A DNA stretch of 40,221 bases, from positions 12,885-53,105 of the forward strand of contig CAZPXC010000002.1 in NCBI GenBank assembly GCA_964590935.1, read 5' to 3'. Position numbers and translations under genes: made by a program. The notes under the pieces were generated by a model that was not told the origin of the DNA, did not search any database, and worked only from the letters and a program-made list of their open reading frames with translations. Every line of letters starts with the position of its first letter. Positions within the stretch are counted from its first letter, which is position 1. This DNA comes from an uncultured Methanosarcinales archaeon (GTDB taxonomy: Archaea > Nanobdellota > Nanobdellia > Woesearchaeales > DSVV01). Shown one piece after another: positions 22,873-32,100 of this stretch.

Positions 22873-24111
22873 ATGAATGCAATTTATAACTTCCTCGTGT
22901 ACTTTGTATGGTTCCTGGCCACTTATTACACTATCTTCTTTTTCTTATCCCTATATATACACAGGAACATGCTGTTCGAGGATAAAAAATCAGTAAGCCG
23001 CAAAAGACGGATGGTTTCGGTTCTTATCCCTGCATATAATGAAGAAAAGGATATCGCAGAGACCATCAGGTCACTTAAGAAACTTGACTACAGGAGGGCA
23101 GAATTTATCATAATAAACGACGGCAGCAGCGATAATACATCTTCTATCGTAAACAAGAGCATCAGGGGCGATAAGAGGTTCAGGTTTATTGACAATAAGG
23201 TCAATTCCGGAAAGGCAGCGTGCCTGAACAATGGCATCGCCCAGGCCAGGGGTGAATTTATTGCATGCATGGACGCAGACTCTGTGATCGATAATGATAT
23301 CATGGGCAAGGTCCTGCCTTATTTTAATGATCCAAAGGTGGGTGCCGTGACCGTAACTGTGCAGGTTAAGAATCCAAAAACATTCCTTCATAAGATAATA
23401 GACCTGGAATTTACACTGGGGCTGTCGCTTTTCCTGAAACTGTTCTCATTTCTAGAATGTGTTTTCGTAACTCCAGGGCCTTTTTCCATCTATCGCAGGA
23501 GTGTACTTAACGAGATAGGCGGCTATGATACAGACAATATAACAGAGGACCATGAGATAGCCTTCAGGCTGCATAAGCATGGCTATAAGATCAGGAACTG
23601 CATGGAGGCGAAGGTGTACACCACCCTCCCGGATACTTTTAAGGGCATCTATATCCAGAGAAGAAGGTGGTATTCTGGGGCGATCCAGACCCTGTTCCAG
23701 CATAAGGATATCGTCTTTAAGAAAGAGTATGGGCTGTTCGGATTTTTTATCCCGTTCAACTATTCATTGATCGGCCTGGGGCTGGTCCTTTTTGGGGCAT
23801 CTACTTATCTTTTATTTTCAAAGACCCTCGACAATATATTATATTTCAAATACACGAATTTCAATTTTCTTGACCATATCTTTGATTTCAACTGGGATAT
23901 ACTTAACTATAGCAGGGTCAATCTTCTTGGGATGGGCCTGTTTGTAGGGACTGTTGTGCTCATGCTGATGGGGCTTAAGTTCACCAGGAAGAAATACTCG
24001 GACAACAAGCTTGGGCTTCTGGGATACCCTTTCCTGTTTTTTCTTTATCAATTATACTGGGGCGGTGCCATCCTTGCAGCGATAAGAGGGAAAAGGGTAA
24101 AATGGAGATAA
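22873..24111 (+). CDS. family 2 glycosyltransferase, processive-synthase architecture (canonical QRRRW)
   Basis: 412 aa. Motifs: VLIPAYNEE, INDGSSD, MDADS, ITEDHEI (TED) and QRRRWYSG, plus an N-terminal TM and C-terminal TM bundle. Confidence 0.85.
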   Translation: MNAIYNFLVYFVWFLATYYTIFFFLSLYIHRNMLFEDKKSVSRKRRMVSVLIPAYNEEKDIAETIRSLKKLDYRRAEFIIINDGSSDNTSSIVNKSIRGDKRFRFIDNKVNSGKAACLNNGIAQARGEFIACMDADSVIDNDIMGKVLPYFNDPKVGAVTVTVQVKNPKTFLHKIIDLEFTLGLSLFLKLFSFLECVFVTPGPFSIYRRSVLNEIGGYDTDNITEDHEIAFRLHKHGYKIRNCMEAKVYTTLPDTFKGIYIQRRRWYSGAIQTLFQHKDIVFKKEYGLFGFFIPFNYSLIGLGLVLFGASTYLLFSKTLDNILYFKYTNFNFLDHIFDFNWDILNYSRVNLLGMGLFVGTVVLMLMGLKFTRKKYSDNKLGLLGYPFLFFLYQLYWGGAILAAIRGKRVKWR

Positions 24112-24815
24112 AGAGACGGATAGCCCTTATATCATTCATCATAACCCTGTTTCTGCTGTTTACAGTCATACTGCTCGGCTCTGTCATGAACAATAAAAGG
24201 GAAGAGCACCTGGATTCCCAGTTTCAGACGATCTACCAGGACTTTAACAATATGCAGGTTTTATTTCTCCTGTCAGAATCCTACGATAATGAGATGGCAT
24301 GCCTGGCATTTGAGACAAAGCTTAAGGAGATGGACACAACGATCTGGACACTGGGAGAGAAGATTGATAGTTACCGTTCTGCGAGCGAAGAGTTCCATCA
24401 AAATACATACTACTGGGACCAGAAGAAAGTTTTCAATGAGGATGAGGTGTTTTATTACCTTCTCATGAAGCAGATGCTGGACAAATGCAACATAAGCAAG
24501 CAGATCATACTGTTCTTCTACCAGAATTCCGCTGACTGCAAGAAGTGCGATGACCAGTCGTTCATACTAAGCGATATAAGAAAGCTTGATGATGACAAGG
24601 GCAGGCAGGAGGTCGCGATCTTTTCCTTTGACATGGACCTTAACCTGTCAACACTCAATATCTTATCAAAGTATTATAAGATCGAAAAATACCCCTGCAT
24701 TATAATGGATGAACAGAAATACTGCGGCATCCAGGATAAGGATTTCATCATGGACAGGATATGCTCTGATAAACCGAACCTCTACATCTGTTCTATATAC
24801 AATAAAGGAAAGTAA
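24102..24815 (+). CDS. membrane-anchored thioredoxin-fold-like protein with a CxxC motif
   Basis: 237 aa. N-terminal TM IALISFIITLFLLFTVILLG. ILFFYQNSADCKKCDDQ carries CKKC, and KYPCIIMD is a possible cis-Pro loop. It overlaps the upstream GT2 by 10 nt. The fold assignment comes from motif spacing only. Confidence 0.5.
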   Translation: MEIKRRIALISFIITLFLLFTVILLGSVMNNKREEHLDSQFQTIYQDFNNMQVLFLLSESYDNEMACLAFETKLKEMDTTIWTLGEKIDSYRSASEEFHQNTYYWDQKKVFNEDEVFYYLLMKQMLDKCNISKQIILFFYQNSADCKKCDDQSFILSDIRKLDDDKGRQEVAIFSFDMDLNLSTLNILSKYYKIEKYPCIIMDEQKYCGIQDKDFIMDRICSDKPNLYICSIYNKGK

Positions 24816-24826
24816 GTGATACATCC

Positions 24827-25417
24827 ATGAAAAAGATAACAGATGAATCATCCGGCAGGATACTGGCAATCTGTATCTGCGTATTCTTTATCGTCCTGGG
24901 CATCATCGACATGACAGCAGGAAGAAAGGACCTGATGGCTGACAGGTTCTTCATCGCCTTTCTGGCCCTGGTTTCCTTTTTCCTGTATAAAAAACTGCAC
25001 ATGAACATCGTCATCATGCTTGTCGGCCTGGCTGCTGTAGTCCTGCATTCGATAAAGCTGTACGGCAACAACTACTTTGGCATCCCCTTCGACCATTATA
25101 TGCACGTCGTAGGGGGCTTTGCATGCGCCCTTATCTTCTACAATTACCTTAACCATGAGCTTAAGAAAAAGAACCATCTCCAGGCATTTTTCCTTGCCGT
25201 CTGCATCACAGCCGGTCTCGGCTCATTCATGGAAATAATGGAGTTTGTCGGCTATTCATTATTGGGCCAGGGAGGAGGGGTTTTCTTTTACGGAGCAGGA
25301 GACATAGGTGAATGGAACAATGCAGCATGGGATATGATCAACAACTCTATCGGCGCTATCGTAGCCTCTTTCACCTGTTTTCTTGTAGATATCCTCAAAG
25401 ACAGGAACCGCCGTTGA
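24827..25417 (+). CDS. integral membrane protein, function unknown
   Basis: 196 aa with 5-6 hydrophobic segments. It is the last gene of the plus-strand glycosylation operon, 11 nt after the previous stop. Confidence 0.6.
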   Translation: MKKITDESSGRILAICICVFFIVLGIIDMTAGRKDLMADRFFIAFLALVSFFLYKKLHMNIVIMLVGLAAVVLHSIKLYGNNYFGIPFDHYMHVVGGFACALIFYNYLNHELKKKNHLQAFFLAVCITAGLGSFMEIMEFVGYSLLGQGGGVFFYGAGDIGEWNNAAWDMINNSIGAIVASFTCFLVDILKDRNRR

Positions 25418-25631
25418 CTTATTTCTTAAAAAATTATATAGTCGTTGGTTATCTTTTATGATAATTGTCTTGATACGCTTTTTTCCTTTGGATATCTTCA
25501 ATGTGGCGACAGACATCACAAGCGTGATTATGCCGGACAACATCCCGAATATGTTCAGGAAATTCAGCCCCCTGTCACCAAGATCTTCATACAGTTCCGC
25601 AAAAACAGGATGTATAAAAAATTATTGGCTG

Positions 25632-26843
25632 TCAGGCATACTTTTTGATGAGCCTCTCCAGATGCTCAAAAAGCAGGGAATCATCCCATCTCCCGATCCT
25701 GGAAATATTTTTCCTGTATCTTTCAAGGTTAGACTCAAATGACCTGATATCCCTGAGGCTTAACCTCTCTGCAAATGAGCCGTACCCTTTCTGTTTTATG
25801 CAGTAGGCGTTGTATATCTGCTCAAACTGCTTTTCCACAGGGATGCACAGTATCGGCTTTTTCAGGTAAAGTGCCTCTGATATCACTGTAAAGCCCCCGT
25901 TGATTATAACATACCTGCAGGTCCTCAGGTCCTCGAGAAAGGTCTTTTCGCTGAACGGCATGAACTCAAGATTGCCGGTTTTTCTCTTCCGGCCCATCCC
26001 GTATATCCTGTACCGGATGCCGGTCTTTTTCAGCACAGGCAGCATCCTTATGTTGGTCTCAGACGTCTGATAGATGAGGACAAAGTCCTTGTCAACAGGC
26101 TTTAGCGAAAGGACAGATTCGCGTATTATAGGCGGGACAACCTTTGTCCTGCCCGGTCTCCTGGCATGAAACTCTGCAAAGGCGGTGATGATGTAATGGC
26201 TGGCCCATGGGTGAAGGAAGCGGATGATACATGTCTGGTAAAACGAGTGCTTAAATCTCGTCTTAAGCTCGGTGAGAGCATGGTTATTGTCGATGTTTAT
26301 GCAGGGTATCCCAAATAACAGCGAGAAATACTCTGATGCAGACTCGAAATCAGATATTATCACATCAGGCTTAAAACGCCCAATAAGCGGCCTTAATATC
26401 CTGTAATTGGCCACAACCATGTATGGCATCGTCCGGATGAACCTTGCGAAAGAACGAAGGTACTGGACATTGTTGTCCTTGTAGACAAGAGTATTGCCGT
26501 ATATCTTATGCACTCTTGAGCCGTATCTTTCCCTGAGATAGGGATAAGACCTTTCTGCGGCTGTTATCAGGACCTCATGCTTCTTTGTAAGCCATGCAAG
26601 CACTGAATCACTCCTTGTTGCATGCCCCATGCCCTCTCCGCATACTGAGTACCATATCCTTGCCACATATACAGGTGTTCCTGCAAATAATTTAAAGTTA
26701 TCGAAGGAATCAAGTAATAAATGGATCATATGGTGAAGTCTCCAATTTGATATCTTCTTGAAAAAACCCATCCACTGCGGGTGGAGCAATGCCAACATGG
26801 ATATGATCTCAAACACGCTGGGAGCCTGCATCTGATATTTCAT
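25632..26843 (-). CDS. GT-B fold glycosyltransferase (GT1/GT28, MJ1255-like)
   Basis: 403 aa. Has the N-terminal glycine-rich motif VCGEGMGHATRS and the C-terminal INGGFTVISEALYLKKPILCIPV..QFEQ..NA. The first ~58 aa are atypical, so an internal GTG at 26666 (VARIWYSVCGEGMGH) is an alternative start. Confidence 0.75.
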   Translation of the reverse strand: MKYQMQAPSVFEIISMLALLHPQWMGFFKKISNWRLHHMIHLLLDSFDNFKLFAGTPVYVARIWYSVCGEGMGHATRSDSVLAWLTKKHEVLITAAERSYPYLRERYGSRVHKIYGNTLVYKDNNVQYLRSFARFIRTMPYMVVANYRILRPLIGRFKPDVIISDFESASEYFSLLFGIPCINIDNNHALTELKTRFKHSFYQTCIIRFLHPWASHYIITAFAEFHARRPGRTKVVPPIIRESVLSLKPVDKDFVLIYQTSETNIRMLPVLKKTGIRYRIYGMGRKRKTGNLEFMPFSEKTFLEDLRTCRYVIINGGFTVISEALYLKKPILCIPVEKQFEQIYNAYCIKQKGYGSFAERLSLRDIRSFESNLERYRKNISRIGRWDDSLLFEHLERLIKKYA

Positions 26844-26888
26844 CGCCTACCTGAGAAAGCGATAACCCTTAAGATATCTCTGAATAAT

Positions 26889-26900
26889 CAGATTTAAATA
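26889..26900. promoter_or_regulatory. palindromic TATA element (ATTTAAAT) between divergent glycosyltransferase genes
   Basis: cAGATTTAAATA lies 24 nt upstream of ATG 26925 (plus strand) and about 46 nt upstream of ATG 26843 (minus strand). Confidence 0.45.
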
Positions 26901-26924
26901 CTTGCTTTGGAATACATTTTTTTT

Positions 26925-28304
26925 ATGAAACATAGGATTTTCAGGCACCCGTTATTTTATCTTCTTTTGGTCACTGCTGCTGTTAAGGTGTTTTTTTTGC
27001 TCTCCAGATACCATCTTTTCATCTGGGATGAGGCAGTCTATCTGGGGATGGGAAAGTGGATATTTTCTGCAGGCCGCTTGGGAATCTGGGAATGGATAAG
27101 GCCCCTCGGATTACCGCTGGTCCTTGGAGCATTATGGAAAACAGGGCTTAATTACCAGGTTCTTGCTGACCTTGTGATCCTCCTCTTCACTCTCGGGACA
27201 ATAGCCATGACATATCTTATCGCTGAGGAAGTGTTCAACAGGAAAACCGCTTTTCTCTCTGCAATATTCCTGCTTGCCACACCGGTCTTCTTCTATAATT
27301 CCATGCTTGTTATGACAGGCATACCCTCGCTTTTCTTCATACTCCTGGCAGTTTATCTTGCCATGAAAAAAAAGTATTGGCTCTCCGGGCTGTTCTCATT
27401 TCTCGCGTTCTTTTTCAGGTATCCTGCCGGGCTGATCATCGTTGCAGTAAACCTGATGCTGCTGTACAAACTTATCAAAAGGAAAAACTGGAAACATATC
27501 CTGAGGCCGGCCCTGGGCTACAACCTGGTCTTCTTTTCCGGCCTTGCTGCATACCTGCTGTACAACAGGCTTTCCTTCGGGCAGTTCCTCGAGCCATTCC
27601 TGCTCGCGAGCCAGCACCAGAGCAGCATAATAGGCAATATCCCGGGCTTTTTTGCAAACCTGCTGTACTATCCCTATACTATCGTGATAACCAACATATT
27701 CATCATATCTGTTCTATTTTTCAGGTACAGGAAAAACTCAGGCCATGTCCTTGTTCCACTTGCTGTCTTCCTGCTCTATTTTACTGCAATACCCCATAAG
27801 CAGCCGCGCTTTGCCATACTGTTCCTGCCCTATGTCATGATGCTTGCCTCTTCCGGCTTTTTTACAGTGGTATCATACCTGAAAAAATACAGGTCGGCAA
27901 GGATGGTCTTGCTGCTCCTTCTGCTTGGGTTTATCGCTTACCCTGCGTATCTTGATTACCAGATATTCAGCAGGCTGCCCTCAGAAGAGCCAGGTATTGT
28001 AAAAGACTATTACAGCTATTTTGACGGCTATAACGGCACTATACTGACATCAGACCCTGTTCCTGCTGCGTACACAGACAGCAGGTACATAGGATATTAC
28101 AGCAATATGACCAACGCCTGGATGATCTATGACACCAATATCAATAATTCCATAGCAGTTATATACACGCCAGCCTCTTTCCCGTGCATAGACCAGGAGT
28201 GCAACGCTTCCAAGACAGAGCTGGAGAACGAGATAAAGAATGATGCGACTCTTGTCTACAACAGCACATGGCTGGGCGAACTAAAGCAGATATATGTTAA
28301 ATAG
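26925..28304 (+). CDS. GT-C fold glycosyltransferase, PMT_2/ArnT-like (GT39/GT83 type)
   Basis: About 459 aa from ATG 26925 (the track starts at TTG 26907). It has more than 10 TM helices and an acidic loop-1 motif HLFIWDEAVYLGMGK typical of dolichyl/undecaprenyl-phosphate-sugar dependent transferases. Confidence 0.75.
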   Translation: MKHRIFRHPLFYLLLVTAAVKVFFLLSRYHLFIWDEAVYLGMGKWIFSAGRLGIWEWIRPLGLPLVLGALWKTGLNYQVLADLVILLFTLGTIAMTYLIAEEVFNRKTAFLSAIFLLATPVFFYNSMLVMTGIPSLFFILLAVYLAMKKKYWLSGLFSFLAFFFRYPAGLIIVAVNLMLLYKLIKRKNWKHILRPALGYNLVFFSGLAAYLLYNRLSFGQFLEPFLLASQHQSSIIGNIPGFFANLLYYPYTIVITNIFIISVLFFRYRKNSGHVLVPLAVFLLYFTAIPHKQPRFAILFLPYVMMLASSGFFTVVSYLKKYRSARMVLLLLLLGFIAYPAYLDYQIFSRLPSEEPGIVKDYYSYFDGYNGTILTSDPVPAAYTDSRYIGYYSNMTNAWMIYDTNINNSIAVIYTPASFPCIDQECNASKTELENEIKNDATLVYNSTWLGELKQIYVK

Positions 28305-28812
28305 ACTAATATTTACTTATTTTTTCTTATATATTGGTTAACCTTACAAACATTTACTATTTATATTTATATTAAATTAACTAACAGAAAACTATAAAAC
28401 ATGGTTTTTTATTTTCTTATTATTCACATAACATTAGATGATACCTCAATAATTCCCATATTTTAAATGTTTAGATTAAAAAATCAGTTAACCATATTAA
28501 CAAAAAATGCTTTTTAGCTCATTTCAGTTTCTATAATCAAAAAAAATTAAATAAAAATTAAAAATGGATTAACTTATCTTAATTTAAATTAAGTTTTAGT
28601 TATTTGATTTAACAAAAAGTATGTTAAATTAGATAACCAATATGACAATTAAATGATATTTACAATATTTATCATCTGATAATTGTTATCTTTATTAACA
28701 AAAAATCATTAAAAATCGATAAAAGTTATATTTATCCGCATTTAAATTCAATAAATTGTTATATCAAACCACAGCAAAAGATTTAAATAGTAGTAAGGTT
28801 AATCTAATTAAC
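28305..28812. other. roughly 500-bp extremely A+T-rich non-coding region
   Basis: I hand-counted three 60-nt lines (28361, 28541, 28601) and got 13%, 10% and 18% G+C. A hypD line (7621) gave 53%. There is no ORF of 60 aa or more. It ends in the AAAGATTTAAATA promoter. Confidence 0.8.
28777..28789 (+). promoter_or_regulatory. BRE/TATA-like AAAGATTTAAATA for the small-ORF and giant-protein operon
   Basis: It ends 23 nt before ATG 28813, so the transcript is predicted to be leaderless. Confidence 0.5.
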
Positions 28813-29106
28813 ATGATTGGCAGTGAAGGCTATATTAACAATGGGAAGCCAATGCTGATATACACTTATTCTACAGAGCATCTGCTGAAAAAAGATAAGG
28901 TGAGGTTCTATTATGCCCTCAAATGCCGGGACGGGAAATCCGGTATTGTCAAGGAACTGAAGATAGTGCATCTTGGAAGGACCGTGCTCATGGTCGATGC
29001 CAGGCACGAAGAGGATATGGTCCAGTTCTTCAAGCTGTGGAACCTGCCCTATACCAGACGAAAGGCGATCGTAGATGATGATGTGCTGAGGGGTGGACCG
29101 CCATGA
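28813..29106 (+). CDS. small conserved-looking protein translationally coupled to the giant surface protein gene
   Basis: 97 aa from ATG 28813 (MIGSEGYINNGKPMLIYTYSTEHLLKKDKVRFYYALKCRDGKSGIV...). The track's TTG 28756 start lies inside the promoter. Its stop overlaps the giant gene ATG (ATGA at 29103-29106). Confidence 0.6.
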   Translation: MIGSEGYINNGKPMLIYTYSTEHLLKKDKVRFYYALKCRDGKSGIVKELKIVHLGRTVLMVDARHEEDMVQFFKLWNLPYTRRKAIVDDDVLRGGPP

Positions 29107-32100
29107 GAAGGCAGTATATGCTCCTTGCGATGCTGATCATCGCCGCTGCCAGCGCACAGGCTGCACAGTACTCTGTCTGCAGTACGGGCTGTGATTTCAC
29201 GAACATCACAGGTGCCCTGGAGAACGTGACCGGGACAGGGAACACGCTCTTCATCAACGGGTCAGGCACATACAACATGACCAACACCACTACGTTTTTT
29301 GTATATGCTGCCTCCAGCAACGGCGGGTTAAGTGTAAACGCGTCCGATGTAATCCTTGAATGTAATAATGTAAGCATTGCCGGCAACAGCACAGGATACG
29401 GCATCTTCGTGACTGCAGATAATGTCACTGTCCACAATTGCCAGGTCAGCAACTATACCCAGGGGATAAGGATCCTGGGCTCTTCACAGGACTCGGTAGT
29501 ATCAGGCAGCATTATCTCTGATTCTGATTACGGCCTCTGGGTGAGCGCCTCAAATTATACCCTGATAACCGGATCAACTATAAGTTCAGCCGCATCCTCG
29601 GCTGTGCAGTTTGCCAATGGCGCAGTCAACAACACGCTGCTTAACTGCATCATCCAGAGCTCTGTGCAGGACATAAGCTCAAGCGGCACAGGCAGCTCTA
29701 ATCTCGTGGTAAACAGCTCATTTGACGGTTCCAAATCCACAAATGTCCAGGACAGCTCCCGTGTATTCGTAAAATGGTACTTCCGCGTCTTTGTAAATGA
29801 CACATCAGGCAACCAGGTCAATGCCACAGTAAATATCAGCGACAGCTTCTCTACATTGGCATATTCACTGCAGACAGATGCAAGCGGCTACACTGCAGAG
29901 AAGAACATCACAGAATACATGAGAAACAGCAGCTCCTCTTCAATATTCTACACCAACTATACGTTCTATGCCTATAATTCTACTAATTTCGAGAACAGCT
30001 CTGTCAATGTAACAGGCTCTGGAACTATTGTACTGACTTTCGACCTTACTGCGCCGCAGATATCCGGCATCCAGAATTCGACAAGCAACGAGTCTGTCAA
30101 TATCACCTGGACAACAGATGACCTAAGCAACTCAAGCATCAGATGGGGCAATTCCTCTGCCAGCCTGAACAATGCACTTTCCAACAGCAGCATGACGAGG
30201 GTACATTTCATAAATATCTCTGATGAATATTCAAATAAGACCCACCTGGATGCAAACACGACATACTATTTTAACATCACTTCCTGCAATGACCAGGGCT
30301 TATGTACAGAGGCAGGGGTGTTTAATTTCACCACAAACACGACAATCGACAGATCAGCCCCTTCTGCCAGCAACATCGTCAACACAACAACAAATGAATC
30401 TGCATTGATAACATTCGACACTGATGATAATGCTAATGCGACTGTCGAATACGGGACTAATGTTTCTATGACACTGTCTACAGGAAATTCAAGCTATAAT
30501 CAAAACCATACGTTCAATATAACCGGCCTGAGTGATAATACAACATATTACTACAATATCACTGTATGCAACGGGGACCAGTACTGCAATGAGTATGGCA
30601 GCTATAATTTCACGACCAACGCAACAATAGACTATTCTGCCCCGGTCATAAGCAATATTCTCAACACAACGACAAACGAGTCTGTGCTAATAACATTCGA
30701 CACTGACGACAATGCTAATGCGACTATCGAATACGGGACCAATGTTTCTATGACACTGTCTACGGGAAATTCAAGCTATAATCAAAACCATACGTTCAAT
30801 ATCACTGGCTTGGATTCCAACACGACATATTATTACAATATAACCGCATGCAATTCAAATGGGAACTGTACAGAGCAGGGCGTTTATAATTTCACGACCA
30901 ACCAAACAACCCCAGACACATCAGCACCTGTTATAAGCAATATCATGAACACAACAACAAATTCCACAGCAACAATAACATTCGACACTGACGATAGTGC
31001 AAACGCTACCATCAAATACGGCACAAGCACATCACTGGGCTCTTCTGCAAAAAACAGCACTCTTGCCCATAATCATTCATTCAGCATCACCGGGCTGGAC
31101 TCCAACACCACATATTACCTCAACATAACCGCATGCAACTCATATGATAACTGCACAGAGCAGGGCACCTATAGCTTCACGACCAACGCAACAATAGACA
31201 CCTCTGCCCCGGCAATAAGCAACATCATCAACACAACAACAAATTCCACAGCAACAATAACATTCGACACTGACGATAGTGCAAACGCTACCATCAAATA
31301 CGGCACAAGCACATCACTGGGCTCTTCTGCAAAAAACAGCACTCTTGCCCATAATCATTCATTCAGCATCACCGGGCTGGACTCCAACACCACATATTAC
31401 TACAACATAACCGCATGCAACATCTATGGCTACTGCAGCGAAGACGGGACATACAGTTATCAGACGAATACCACTCCTGATCAGAGCCCGCCTGTGATAT
31501 CTTCTGTATCCAATTCCTCGATAACCAACATAAGCGCTGTGATATCCTGGACAACGAACGAGGCAGCGAACAGCACTGTCAAGTACGGCACATCATCGGG
31601 CAGCTATACTGCTTCAAAGGGCAGCGCAACGATGACGACAAGCCACAGCGTCACCCTCACAGGGCTCTCTGATGAGACGACATATTATTATGCTGTCAAC
31701 AGCTCTGATGCCAGCGGCAACTCTGCACAGGGCTCGGAAAAGAGCTTTACGACATCTGATTCGACCCCGCCTGTGATAAGCAGTGTCCAGAGCTCAGGCG
31801 TCATGGGAACTTCTGCCACTATCTCATGGACCACGGACGAGACTGCCGATTCCCAGGTGAAGTACGGCACCACGAGCAATTCATATTCTCATTCAAAATC
31901 GACAACAGGGTATTTCACCAACCACAGCATCGCGCTGAGCGGCCTTTCGGGGGACACGACCTATTATTATCGCGTGGTCAGCAACGATTCTACCGGGAAC
32001 TCTGCCCAGAGCAGCCAGGGCAGCTTCACCACTACGGATACTGAAGCACCATCAATAACCTTCACATACCCTGTAAATGCCTCGACCACAGTCGCTGATG

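Noticed and set aside
28305-28812. The A+T-rich region as a chromosomal replication origin.
   Set aside because: There is no orc1/cdc6 gene adjacent and I could not identify ORB-type inverted repeats. It is kept as an open possibility in the findings, not as a call.
30348-31478. Near-identical repeats as a diversity-generating retroelement TR/VR pair, or as a CRISPR array.
   Set aside because: The repeats are in-frame protein modules without spacers. Differences between units are not adenine-specific, and no reverse transcriptase or cas gene is present.
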